Shown: piece by piece, positions 7,650-17,167 of the stretch
Layout: the number at the start of each line of letters is the position of its first letter
How positions within the stretch are numbered: the first letter of the stretch is position 1
Source of the DNA: Patescibacteria group bacterium
GTDB taxonomy: Bacteria; Patescibacteriota; Minisyncoccia; UBA6257; HR35
DNA length: 35,816 nucleotides
Direction of reading: 5' to 3'
Assembly: GCA_025060575.1 (NCBI GenBank)
Contig: JANXBL010000003.1
Coordinates: 1-35,816 of the forward strand
Translations under genes and position numbers: made by a program
The notes under the pieces: model-generated
The model's input: the letters and a program-made list of their open reading frames with translations, nothing else
Database searches by the model: none
Told to the model about the DNA's origin: nothing

Positions 7650-7660
7650 AGAAAATAAAA

Positions 7661-9643
7661 ATGAATAAAAAATTATTTGTCGGTTTACTTGCCGCTTCAT
7701 TATTACTTTCAGTCGTCGTTCCTTATTCAAGCACTTCAGCTCAAACAACTTGTAATGTTGATGCTTTAAGAAGAGTTTCATTTGGTCAAAGAGGACCTGC
7801 TGTTGGGGCTCTACAGAGATGCTTGATTGAATTAGGTTATCTAAATATTGCAAGACCTACTAATTATTATGGTAGTCAAACTGCGGCTGCAGTTTTGCAA
7901 TTTTACAGAGATGCCAATATTCAGGCTGGAGTACAAGCAAGAGGAAGAGTCTTTGGTCCTGCAGGAATAGCTGCTATGAGACAAATGCTTGCTGGAGAAA
8001 TGCCTGAAAGAGAGGAAGTAGTGGTAAGACCACAACCAGAACCACAACCACAACCACAAACAGGTCAAGTACCACCTGAAGTCTTGAATCAAGCATTATC
8101 TTTGATTATTGCTGGTAAGACCAATGAGGCTTTAGCCTTAATGGCTCCTTATCTTGGTGGTCAACTTCCTCCCGTTGCTACTCCAACTCAACAAACAACC
8201 ACACCACCAACTACAGGTCCTAATCTTACTCCAGGAGTACCAGGCTATCTCACCGCAGAAATTGAACCATCTGTTAGCGGTGTTATTGTTAGAGAAGGAG
8301 AAACAGCTAGAGCTTTTGGATTAAGATTCAGAGCAGATAGTGGCGCAGTAAGAATTGATTCTATAGTTCTAAGATGGCCTACTACAAATCCTGCTGCTCC
8401 TGCTAGAGTTATTTCAAGAATAGAATTGCTTGATGACAACAACAATGTTCTTTCCAGTAAGACACCTGCTGATTTTTATCAAGATTCTAATCTAAATTAC
8501 TTTGTTCCTTTTTCTGGTTTGAACTTTGTTGTACCTGCTAATCAATTTAGATCATTGTTCTTTAGAGTAAGTCTAGTAGGAACACTTCCTTCTGTAACAC
8601 CAACATGGCCGAGAGATGTTACTTTTCAGGTAAGTGCTTCTGATGTTAGAGGAACTGATGGTACTGGCGCAGTTATTTCTCCTTCAATTTCACCATCACC
8701 TTTATCCCTTACCTTTTCTGCTGATGCTACAGTTGCTGGTTCGGCATACTTTGTGACAGCAGTTGATCCTTCTTCACCAATGGAAGGATATGTTTTCGCT
8801 TCTGATTTAGTTAATGGTAAATCTCAAGATGTTCCTGCTTTAGTTGTTAACTTAACGCCTAAGAATGATGACTTGAGATTAACCAGCATGACTGGTTCTG
8901 TTGTAAATACATCTATAGTTGAAAGATTAAGAATAAAAATTGGTAATACCACTGTTATCCAGACTACTTCCAGCAACGGTTCTTGGGAAGTTCCTTTAGC
9001 TTCTTACGGTATTACCCTTAAAAAAGATCAAGCTCAAAAGGTTACTATAAGTGTTGACTTAAGAAATGCTGCGGTAACCCCAGCTACCTTTACAGTATCT
9101 GTTGCTACTACCACGGCTATAAACAGCGTGGGAGATACAAAAGGATATACAACTCAAGCTGTGTCTCAGGTCTTAGGTTTTGTTAAAGGTGGCCCAACAT
9201 TTGCTGTTTCTTCTAAGTCTTTAGTACTTAAGGCAAAGAAAGATTCGAGCCAAACTATTGTTACCACCACTGTTGATACTGTTTCATATGTTATAAATGT
9301 TACTGCTAATGGTACGGATGTATATATACCAACATCTGCACCTGTTTATGTTGAAGTTGTAAAACCTGATAATTCAGTTGTTGCAACAACTACATTAAAT
9401 GTAGTTAATGTTGTACCAAATAACACCGAGCTCGTAGGATCAAGGTATAGAGTTCCAGCTGGAAATACAGTATCTTTTGAACTTTCTAGGGTTGTAAATA
9501 CTGACATAGGTGGAAACTTAACCTTAAGAGCTTGGGTTAAAAGAATCAATTGGGGATATGATTCTACTAGCCCAACTGTCCAAGCCACCTTTATGGCTAA
9601 TGATGTGAATACTTACGCAACATCTTTGGTTGTTCCTCAGTAG
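7661..9643 (+). CDS. Secreted peptidoglycan-binding-domain protein, probable S-layer/major surface protein
   Basis: Signal peptide; PG_binding_1-like segment (FGQRGPAVGALQRCLIELGYL...YYGSQTAAAVLQF); Pro/Gln/Thr linker; Val/Thr/Ser-rich beta domains; tandem promoters and strong terminator. Confidence 0.75.
   Translation: MNKKLFVGLLAASLLLSVVVPYSSTSAQTTCNVDALRRVSFGQRGPAVGALQRCLIELGYLNIARPTNYYGSQTAAAVLQFYRDANIQAGVQARGRVFGPAGIAAMRQMLAGEMPEREEVVVRPQPEPQPQPQTGQVPPEVLNQALSLIIAGKTNEALALMAPYLGGQLPPVATPTQQTTTPPTTGPNLTPGVPGYLTAEIEPSVSGVIVREGETARAFGLRFRADSGAVRIDSIVLRWPTTNPAAPARVISRIELLDDNNNVLSSKTPADFYQDSNLNYFVPFSGLNFVVPANQFRSLFFRVSLVGTLPSVTPTWPRDVTFQVSASDVRGTDGTGAVISPSISPSPLSLTFSADATVAGSAYFVTAVDPSSPMEGYVFASDLVNGKSQDVPALVVNLTPKNDDLRLTSMTGSVVNTSIVERLRIKIGNTTVIQTTSSNGSWEVPLASYGITLKKDQAQKVTISVDLRNAAVTPATFTVSVATTTAINSVGDTKGYTTQAVSQVLGFVKGGPTFAVSSKSLVLKAKKDSSQTIVTTTVDTVSYVINVTANGTDVYIPTSAPVYVEVVKPDNSVVATTTLNVVNVVPNNTELVGSRYRVPAGNTVSFELSRVVNTDIGGNLTLRAWVKRINWGYDSTSPTVQATFMANDVNTYATSLVVPQ
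8030..8059 (+). repeat. In-frame hexamer tandem repeat (CCACAA)x5 with one CCAGAA variant, encoding PQPEPQPQPQ
   Basis: Read directly from the sequence. Confidence 0.85.
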
Positions 9644-9668
9644 CGATTGTGGTTTATCCCTGTTTTTC

Positions 9669-9699
9669 AATCCCCCGGCCAAAGAGGCCGGGGGATTTT
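9669..9699 (+). terminator. Intrinsic terminator
   Basis: AATCCCCCGGCC-AAAGA-GGCCGGGGGATT, a perfect 12-bp stem 25 nt after the stop, with a short T run. Confidence 0.85.
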
Positions 9700-9759
9700 G
9701 ATTCGGCTTAAATTATAGTCATTTTTTTGTATTAAAATTAATAAAAGATTTGAAATTAG

Positions 9760-10875
9760 ATGAAGCTTAAGATTAAAAATAAAGATTTATTATTAATTGT
9801 TTTGATCTTTATTGTCTTAGGGTTTTCCTTTGCTCAACAAAAACCTAAATTTAGACCTAATCGAAATATTGAAACTATTATTCAATCAGCCCCACCATCT
9901 ATTATTGAGACTAATCAAGTAACTTTTAAATTTTCTGGAGTAAACTTTAGAAAGCAGGATGATAAACTTCGCTTTCAAACGAAACTTTGGCCATTAGAAA
10001 AGGGATGGCAAGATAACTATTCCAACGAGAAAACTTATTCCAACTTACCTAAAGGTAAAAACGTCTATTTGTTCTATGTAAGAGCAGTGAATGAGAAAAA
10101 TGAATATGATCCTTTTCCAGCGGTATATGTCTTTGAAACGAGAATTTCTCCGTTCTATAAAGATGTTTCCATCGGGACTTCTTATGATGGTATGTCTTTA
10201 ACTCTTTATAATGATTCTGATAGGGAAATTAATATTACTGGTTGGAAAATATCTACCTCGAAATTAGTTTTTACTATCCCTCAAGGAGTTAAGAACTTTA
10301 CCTATGACATTAATAAGATTAAGTTAGAAGATATTGTTTTATCTGCTAGAGGAAGAGCGATTATTCAGGCTGTCTATTCTTCGGCGACTTCTGGGCCAAT
10401 TGGAAGTGATTGGCGTAATTTACCTCTCTCTCCTTATGGTTTTAATTTTTTGCCTAATAAATGTTTTCTTTATGTTAATAAAAATTTTAATGATCACTAC
10501 GCCTGTGATTACTTAAGTATTTCTCGAGAGGAACTTTTGCAGATGGTCCTTAATGGAAGAATTTCTTCTGATTGTGCTGTTCTGTTAAGCTCCTCGGATT
10601 GTGATGGTAGCTGGTTAATTCGTCGGACGATAGAAAGAGGAGATTTAAGGTGTCAAGCTATAGTTGAGCAGTGGTATAACTATAATTCTTGTTATCAACG
10701 CAAATCAGCAGATAGTGATTTTTTTAGTAAAATTTGGAGAATCTATTTTGATCCCAGAAACGAAGATGATAAAAAAAATAGAAAACCGATCGAAAGATTT
10801 TTCCGTGATCGTTTTGAAAAGATTATGCTTTTAGATCAAAACAATCTTTTGGTAAACAGCTACGAAATTTATTAA
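9760..10875 (+). CDS. Secreted protein with Y_Y_Y/FN3-like domain and lamin-tail-like domain with Cys-rich insert
   Basis: Signal peptide (SFA|QQ); TYSNLPKG..YLFYVRAVN; LTLYNDSDREINITGWKI; six Cys; IMLLDQNNLLVNSYEIY C-terminus. Confidence 0.65.
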   Translation: MKLKIKNKDLLLIVLIFIVLGFSFAQQKPKFRPNRNIETIIQSAPPSIIETNQVTFKFSGVNFRKQDDKLRFQTKLWPLEKGWQDNYSNEKTYSNLPKGKNVYLFYVRAVNEKNEYDPFPAVYVFETRISPFYKDVSIGTSYDGMSLTLYNDSDREINITGWKISTSKLVFTIPQGVKNFTYDINKIKLEDIVLSARGRAIIQAVYSSATSGPIGSDWRNLPLSPYGFNFLPNKCFLYVNKNFNDHYACDYLSISREELLQMVLNGRISSDCAVLLSSSDCDGSWLIRRTIERGDLRCQAIVEQWYNYNSCYQRKSADSDFFSKIWRIYFDPRNEDDKKNRKPIERFFRDRFEKIMLLDQNNLLVNSYEIY

Positions 10876-10951
10876 TTTTTCAGATGTGGTTATCTTCAGA
10901 AAATTAACTTAGTTTATAATTTATATATTGCTAAAATTTAGGTTAACCATG

Positions 10952-11024
10952 GCGGCGGTAGTTCAGTTGGTAGAACGTCTCCCTTCCAAGGAGAAAGTCG
11001 CGGGTTCGAATCCCGTCCGCCGCT
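10952..11024 (+). tRNA. tRNA-Gly, anticodon TCC (no encoded CCA)
   Basis: Acceptor GCGGCGG/CCGCCGC, D-stem GTTC/GAAC, anticodon stem TCTCC/GGAGA with loop CT-TCC-AA, T-arm GCGGG-TTCGAAT-CCCGT, discriminator T. Confidence 0.96.
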
Positions 11025-11044
11025 CTTCTGCTTTAAATTTAAAA

Positions 11045-11073
11045 TTGACATTTTATAGATTTTTTGATATTAT
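11045..11073 (+). promoter_or_regulatory. sigma70 promoter
   Basis: TTGACA, 17 nt, TATTAT, with extended TG at 11065-11066. Confidence 0.65.
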
Positions 11074-11148
11074 TAAAAGTAATAGTTAAATTTTAAAGCG
11101 TTATTTGTTGTTTAAATAAAATTTATCAATTTAATCGTTATATTAACG

Positions 11149-13236
11149 ATGACTAGAAAAATATTAAATTATCTAACGGGGATTATTTTTCTTATGCCAT
11201 TTACTTTGCTAATTGTTGATACTTCTGTGCTTTTCCCTTACATTACAACTAAAGCTATCATTTTTAGAATTCTGGTGACTATAGGCTTTGTTCTTGCTCT
11301 TTGGTTATATCTAATTAATCCTGGTTCCTTTCCTAAAAAGAACTTTATGTTGATAGCCATAGTTTTTTTCTTATTGGCGAACATTCTGTCAACAATTTTT
11401 AGTATTACACCTTATCGTTCCTTTTGGGGGAATGCGGAAAGAATGGAAGGTCTATGGTCATTGTTTTTTTATTTAGGATATCTTTTTTTGCTCATAACAC
11501 TTTTTCAATTTGCTCCTGAGAAAAAAAAGACAATATTCATTTCAATTGCTATTGTTTCAGTCATTATTTCTGCTGTCCAAATAAATCAAGCTTTTTTTGA
11601 TGGCATAGTAAGACCATCGGCTACTTTGGGTAATGCCACTTATGTAGGTTTCTTAAGTTTGCTAGTAATTTTTTTAACTTTATTCTTTTTATCTACTGCC
11701 AAAAGTTTTCCCGAAAAATTGATCTATTTTGGTTTAATTGGCATGAATTTAATCTCACTTTTAGCTTCTCAAACCAGAGGGTCAATTTTGGGTTTATTGG
11801 TTGGTGCATTTTTCGGTTCGTTGTTGTACTTGATTCTAAATAGATGGTCATTAAAAATTAAATTGGCTGTATTAGGTGGGTTAGTTATTTTAATTTTCGG
11901 TTTTTATTTTTTCTTAAAGACAGATCTGGCTTATCAAATTCCCGGATTTAATCGATTAGCCGATACTCTAAAAAATCCGGTTTCAGTTTTTCCTCGTCTT
12001 TTTGCTTGGAAAATATTTCTTGATGCCTTTAAAGAAAGGCCGATATTTGGGTGGGGGCAGGAATCTTTGCCCGTAGCTTTCTTTGCTCATTTTAACCCCG
12101 AGCTTTACTTATATGAAAGAGCCATTTTTGATCGTCCCCACAATAAGTTCGTTGAAATGTTAGTTTCAAACGGTATAGTTGGTTTTATAGCTTGGCTATC
12201 AATATTTATCGCTTTCGTTTACTATCTTTTAAAACAAAACATTTCCATTTTTCAGAAATCAGTTTTATTTGGTTTACTGTTTGCCTATCTCGGACAAAAT
12301 TTTTCTCTTTTTGATATGCAAGCAAGTTATCTTGTCTTTTTGTTTGCCCTTTCTTTGGTTACTCCAAAAGTTGAGATAAAGGAAGACAGGGGACGATTCA
12401 TTAGGCCCTACTTGGTTTTAGCCTCGGGAGTTGCTTTAGTTCTTATCGTTATTCACTTGCAACATTACTATGTGGTCAGGAATATTATTAGCGCTTTAAG
12501 AGGAGTTAACCCTCAAACAAATCTTCATGATACTAGATATGCAACCTCCGAATTTAAAAGATTGTCGAACATTGCTGGACCGTTTTTAACCGAAGAAGCA
12601 ATAATGATTGCTAACTATCTAACAAATAATGCTGGCAAGATAGATAACTTTGGGGATTTTATCGCTCTTTTTGAAGTTATTGAAAAAGCTTATCAAAAAG
12701 ATCGTTATGATTATCGATTAACTAATATCTATCTTGGTAATCTCTATATTTTGACAGCGATTGAAAAACAATTTGGGCAAGATTCTCGACCAACTATTGC
12801 TAAAATAGACTCTATCTATCGTGAATTAATCTCTCAATATCCTTTGGTACCAGAAACTTATATTCAATATGCCCTTTTTTGGTCTAATTTAGGAGATAAA
12901 CAGAAGGCATTAATGATTCTGGAGGAAGGCGAGAGAAAAATAGCATCTTTATATCCTAAATATTTATTACAACAGGCAACGGCTTTAATAAATTTAGGCG
13001 AAAATAGTTTAGCCTATAAAAAGGTGCAAAAGTTTAAAGAAACTAATATTCATAACTTAACCAGCGATGATTACCAAATTCTTCTTGAGACATATTCAGC
13101 TAACAACGATGTGGAAAACTCAAAATCATTAATTTCTCAATGGTTGAAGATTGATAATTCAAGTTCTACCAAGAAATTAATAAGGGAAATTTTATCGAAA
13201 TACGGCCAAGCTAAAATTTACAATCTTGACATCTAG
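11149..13236 (+). CDS. O-antigen ligase (Wzy_C) family polytopic membrane protein with TPR-like C-terminus; possible protein O-oligosaccharyltransferase
   Basis: About 12 hydrophobic segments; RPSATLGNA, SQTRGS, RLFAW..., RPIFGWGQE, DRPHN; helical C-terminal domain. Confidence 0.85.
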   Translation: MTRKILNYLTGIIFLMPFTLLIVDTSVLFPYITTKAIIFRILVTIGFVLALWLYLINPGSFPKKNFMLIAIVFFLLANILSTIFSITPYRSFWGNAERMEGLWSLFFYLGYLFLLITLFQFAPEKKKTIFISIAIVSVIISAVQINQAFFDGIVRPSATLGNATYVGFLSLLVIFLTLFFLSTAKSFPEKLIYFGLIGMNLISLLASQTRGSILGLLVGAFFGSLLYLILNRWSLKIKLAVLGGLVILIFGFYFFLKTDLAYQIPGFNRLADTLKNPVSVFPRLFAWKIFLDAFKERPIFGWGQESLPVAFFAHFNPELYLYERAIFDRPHNKFVEMLVSNGIVGFIAWLSIFIAFVYYLLKQNISIFQKSVLFGLLFAYLGQNFSLFDMQASYLVFLFALSLVTPKVEIKEDRGRFIRPYLVLASGVALVLIVIHLQHYYVVRNIISALRGVNPQTNLHDTRYATSEFKRLSNIAGPFLTEEAIMIANYLTNNAGKIDNFGDFIALFEVIEKAYQKDRYDYRLTNIYLGNLYILTAIEKQFGQDSRPTIAKIDSIYRELISQYPLVPETYIQYALFWSNLGDKQKALMILEEGERKIASLYPKYLLQQATALINLGENSLAYKKVQKFKETNIHNLTSDDYQILLETYSANNDVENSKSLISQWLKIDNSSSTKKLIREILSKYGQAKIYNLDI

Positions 13237-13254
13237 ATATTTTTAAGAAATAAT
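13226..13254 (+). promoter_or_regulatory. Probable nrdJ promoter overlapping the upstream stop codon
   Basis: TTGACA 13226-13231, 17 nt, AATAAT 13249-13254; AAGAGG upstream of the ATG. Confidence 0.5.
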
Positions 13255-13300
13255 TTCTCTTAATCTTATTAACCGTCGTCTATTAAGAGGTATTTTTAAG

Positions 13301-15988
13301 ATGGCCAAAAAAACAGTTATCTCTTCAAGTTTTAAAACAAAAAACAATAGTCAACTTTTAAAAATAGACTATTTTTTTTCTAAACCTCATAAACATCCTT
13401 TCGATGAAGTTAATTGGATTAAAACAAAAGCAGAAATACCGGGTTCTAATTTCCTTATGGAAGAAGTTGAATTTCCTGATTTTTACTCCCAGAATGCAAT
13501 CAATATCATTTCTTCTAAGTATTTCAAGATTAACAAAGGCAAACAAGAGACTTCTTTAAAGGATATACTTTTGAGGGTAGCGAAAACTTTCAAAGAATGG
13601 GGGTTAGAGCAAGGTTATTTTGATAATGAAAATAGTCAAATTTTTGAGAAGGAATTAATATCGATTATCCTCTTTCAAAGAGCAACATTCAATTCACCTG
13701 TTTGGTTTAATGTTGGAGTGAATGGCAGAAAACAACAATGCTCAGCTTGTTTTATTCTAGATGTTCAAGATAGTATGGAGTCTATTTTGGAATGGATAAG
13801 GACTGAAGGATTAATTTTTAAGGGTGGCTCAGGATCAGGAATAAATCTTTCTACCTTGAGGGCAAAAGGAGAGTCACTTTCTAGCGGTGGGCACTCTTCA
13901 GGGGTAATTTCTTTTATGAAGGCTGCTGATGCAGTGGCGGGAGCAATTAAGAGCGGAGGGACAACGCGACGGGCTGCTAAGATGGTTATTCTTAATGCTG
14001 ATCATCCTGAGATAATTGATTTTATCAGAGTTAAAGCAGAGGAAGAAAATAAAATTAGAGCTCTAATCGATGCTGGTTATGATATGTCAGATATGAATAA
14101 TCCACTTTGGCAAAATATTTTCTTTCAAAATGCCAACAATTCAGTGAGAATACCTGACTCTTTAATGGAAGCAGCTTTAAGAGATGGAGAATGGAAAACT
14201 TATTATGTAACTAATGGTAAGGTGGCTCAAACGTATAAAGCTAGGGATATTTTAATGGAAATTGCTAAAGCTGCTTGGGAATGCGGTGATCCTGGAGTTC
14301 AATTTGATGATACCATTCAACGATGGCATACGTGTAAAAAATCGGGCAAGATTAATGCTACCAATCCTTGCGCAGAATATCTTTTTCTTGATAATACGAG
14401 TTGTAATTTGGCTTCCATCAACCTACTTAAGTACATCGACGAAGAGGGACATTTTGATATCGAAGCTTTTAAACATACAGTAAGAATTATCTTTTTGGCT
14501 CAGGATATATTGATTTCCAAGGCTGATTATCCAACAGAAAAAATAGCTGAAGAGACAAAAAAATATAGAACCATTGGATTAGGTTATACAAATTTAGGAG
14601 CTCTGATTATGAGTTTAGGCTTAGCATATGATTCGGAGGAGGCAAGATCACTAGCTTCAGCTATTACTTCTTTAATGACTGGAACTGCTTATCTTCTTTC
14701 AACTGAGATTGCTAAAATCACTCATCCCTTTCCTGAGTATGATAAAAACAGAGAGTCGATGTTGGAGGTGATTAATATGCATCGCAATGAAAGCTATAAA
14801 TTGAGAGATAAATATAAAGAAAGTCAATTTATCTATCTCATTGAAGAGGCTAATAAAGTGTGGGATGAGACAATGGAAAATGGTAGTAAATTCGGATTTA
14901 GAAATGCCCAAGCAACAGTGATTGCTCCGACAGGAACAATTAGTTTTATGTTAGATTGCGATACCACTGGTATTGAACCAGATTTTGCTTTAGTTAAAAA
15001 CAAACAACTAGTGGGCGGAGGTTGGTTAAAAATTGTTAACAAAAGTGTTTCTTTAGCGCTAAAAAGATTAGGATATCTACCGGAAGAGATCGATGATATT
15101 ATTAAGCATTTAGAAGAAACGGAAAATATTGAAACCGCTCCTCATCTTAAGAAAGAGCATCTTAGCGTTTTTGATTGTGCTATTAAACCACTTCAAGGTC
15201 AAAGATTTATTCATTGGTTAGGTCATGTAAAAATGGTGGCTGCTGTTCAGCCTTTTATTAGTGGAGGTATAAGTAAAACATTTAATATGCCCAATGAATG
15301 CACTGTGGACGATATTTACAATGCCTATTTTACTGCTTGGCGATTAGGGATCAAATGCTTTGCTGTTTATCGAGACGGCTCTAAGGCAACTCAAGCTCTT
15401 TACACCAAAAAGAAAGACAAGCATACTAAAAGTATTATTAGAAGAAAATTGCCTGATATTCGTCAATCTGAAACGCACAAATTTTCAATTGCCGGTCATG
15501 AAGGCTATTTAACATATAGTTTTTTTGAAGATGGTTCCTTGGGTGAAATTTTTATTAGAATGTCAAAACAGGGGAGCACTCTTTCCGGTTTGTTGGACGC
15601 TTTCGCTATTGCTGTTTCTATTGCTCTTCAATATAATGTGCCATTAAAGGAGCTGGCTAAGAAATTTGTCCATATGAGATTTGAGCCAATGGGAATTACT
15701 AATAACAAAGAAATTTCAACTACTTCCTCGATTGTTGATTATATTTTTCGCTATTTAAGCATGAAATTTTTAAACCCTGAAGAATTGAAAAATTTAGGTA
15801 TAGAAGCAAAGGATAGAACTTTATTAAATGATCATCCGAGATTAATCAATAATAATAATCTTTTAAGCGATGAGAAAGGCGAAAATCTAACCGGTCCACC
15901 CTGTCGATATTGCGGAGGAATGACTACTAGAACAGGTTCTTGTTATACTTGTCTTGATTGTGGAGAAAGTAGCGGAGGTTGTGGCTAG
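13301..15988 (+). CDS. nrdJ: Adenosylcobalamin-dependent (class II) ribonucleotide reductase
   Basis: FNSPVWFN, CSACFIL, SGGTTRRAAKM, TNPCAEY (thiyl Cys), APTGTIS, ISKTFN, YRDGSK, C-terminal TSCPD-like domain and CxxC..CxxC ribbon. Confidence 0.93.
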   Translation: MAKKTVISSSFKTKNNSQLLKIDYFFSKPHKHPFDEVNWIKTKAEIPGSNFLMEEVEFPDFYSQNAINIISSKYFKINKGKQETSLKDILLRVAKTFKEWGLEQGYFDNENSQIFEKELISIILFQRATFNSPVWFNVGVNGRKQQCSACFILDVQDSMESILEWIRTEGLIFKGGSGSGINLSTLRAKGESLSSGGHSSGVISFMKAADAVAGAIKSGGTTRRAAKMVILNADHPEIIDFIRVKAEEENKIRALIDAGYDMSDMNNPLWQNIFFQNANNSVRIPDSLMEAALRDGEWKTYYVTNGKVAQTYKARDILMEIAKAAWECGDPGVQFDDTIQRWHTCKKSGKINATNPCAEYLFLDNTSCNLASINLLKYIDEEGHFDIEAFKHTVRIIFLAQDILISKADYPTEKIAEETKKYRTIGLGYTNLGALIMSLGLAYDSEEARSLASAITSLMTGTAYLLSTEIAKITHPFPEYDKNRESMLEVINMHRNESYKLRDKYKESQFIYLIEEANKVWDETMENGSKFGFRNAQATVIAPTGTISFMLDCDTTGIEPDFALVKNKQLVGGGWLKIVNKSVSLALKRLGYLPEEIDDIIKHLEETENIETAPHLKKEHLSVFDCAIKPLQGQRFIHWLGHVKMVAAVQPFISGGISKTFNMPNECTVDDIYNAYFTAWRLGIKCFAVYRDGSKATQALYTKKKDKHTKSIIRRKLPDIRQSETHKFSIAGHEGYLTYSFFEDGSLGEIFIRMSKQGSTLSGLLDAFAIAVSIALQYNVPLKELAKKFVHMRFEPMGITNNKEISTTSSIVDYIFRYLSMKFLNPEELKNLGIEAKDRTLLNDHPRLINNNNLLSDEKGENLTGPPCRYCGGMTTRTGSCYTCLDCGESSGGCG

Positions 15989-16863
15989 ATTTTTGCTCGT
16001 CTTCTACCGTGAAAAGCTCGATGGATCTCTTTAAGTTCTTTGTTGGTGAGATGAGTATAAATTTGTGTTGTTTGAATATTTTTATGACCAAGCAAAAGTT
16101 GAATGGCCCGGAGATCAGCTCCTGCCATTAATAAATCAGTAGCAAATTGGTGTCGCAAAAGATGAGGAGTTACTTTTTTAATTAGGCCAACTTTTTTAGC
16201 ATAGTGCTTGATTATTTTTTGAACACCACGACTAGTTATTCTTTTACCTCTAAGGTTAATAAATAGTGCAGGATCATTATCTTTTCTTGCTTTAAGGTAA
16301 TTTTCTAAACATTTTTTGGCTGTTTGAGAAAGAAAAACAACTCTGATTCTATTTCCTTTACCTCTTACTTTTATCTCCCCTTTTTCTAGGTTTATGTCTC
16401 TATTAAGATGACAAAGTTCAGATACTCTTAAACCAGTGCTAAATAATGTCTCTAATAAAGCTCTGTTTCGTAGACTTTTTAAATCATTGCCTTGAGGTGC
16501 GCTGAGTAATTTGTTTAATTCTTCATCGTCTAAAATGTTTATTTCTCTATCTGGTAATTTGGGTAGTTCTATCAAATTTGGTTCATAGATATTCTGTTTG
16601 TTTTTTTGAAGAAACTTTAAAAAATTGCGAAGAGCAATCAGATAATAAGACTGAGTTTTAAGACTTAGATTTCTTTTATTTAAATGAATTCGGTAATTAA
16701 ATATCGTTTCACTATTGATTTCGTTATGTTTATTACTCTCTAACCAATTTAAAAAATCTAATATTTTTCGTCTATATTCTTTAATGGTTCCGTTACTCCT
16801 GCCTTTTTCAATGGCGAGATAATGCTCATATCTGTTGAGCCATTTTTTGAGGTCTTCAATCAT
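15985..16863 (-). CDS. XerC/XerD-family tyrosine recombinase (ATG at 16863 preferred because 16953 overlaps rpsO)
   Basis: SAM-like N-domain, TGLRVSEL, GKG, HLLRH, LLGH, TQIYTH; full R-K-H-R-H-Y catalytic set. Confidence 0.92.
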   Translation of the reverse strand: MIEDLKKWLNRYEHYLAIEKGRSNGTIKEYRRKILDFLNWLESNKHNEINSETIFNYRIHLNKRNLSLKTQSYYLIALRNFLKFLQKNKQNIYEPNLIELPKLPDREINILDDEELNKLLSAPQGNDLKSLRNRALLETLFSTGLRVSELCHLNRDINLEKGEIKVRGKGNRIRVVFLSQTAKKCLENYLKARKDNDPALFINLRGKRITSRGVQKIIKHYAKKVGLIKKVTPHLLRHQFATDLLMAGADLRAIQLLLGHKNIQTTQIYTHLTNKELKEIHRAFHGRRRAKI

Positions 16864-16903
16864 TTTGGTAAAGTTAATTTTTATGCTAAAATTATTATAA
16901 AGG

Positions 16904-17167
16904 ATGGTAAAAATAAAAGAAAAAATTAAAGAGATTGTTTCTAAGTATGGCAAAAATGAAAAAGACGTTGGCAGTCCTGAGGTTCAGGTAGCAATTCTAA
17001 CCGAAGAAATTTTGAATCTAAGCAAGCATCTTAAAGATAATAAGAAAGACAAGAGTTCTAAGAGAGGACTTATTTTAAAGATAGTTCAGCGAAAAAAGTT
17101 GCTTCATTATCTTAAAAGGACATCGTATTCTAGATATAAAAAGATAGTTGAGGATCTTAACTTATGA
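16904..17167 (+). CDS. rpsO: 30S ribosomal protein S15
   Basis: DVGSPEVQVAILT...HLK.NKKD.SS.RGL...RKKLLHYL. Confidence 0.97.
   Translation: MVKIKEKIKEIVSKYGKNEKDVGSPEVQVAILTEEILNLSKHLKDNKKDKSSKRGLILKIVQRKKLLHYLKRTSYSRYKKIVEDLNL

Noticed and set aside
10952-11024. Non-proteinogenic tRNA-Gly dedicated to the Fem transferase
   Set aside because: It keeps canonical D-loop GG, TTCG and a GC-rich T-stem, so it looks like a normal elongator tRNA.
13226-13300. NrdR boxes or cobalamin riboswitch upstream of nrdJ
   Set aside because: The gap is only 64 nt and AT-rich, with no convincing tandem 16-bp palindromes.
15985-16863. Tyrosine recombinase as the integrase of a mobile element
   Set aside because: Xer-sized, flanked by nrdJ and rpsO, with no cargo, att repeats or duplicated tRNA 3' ends seen.
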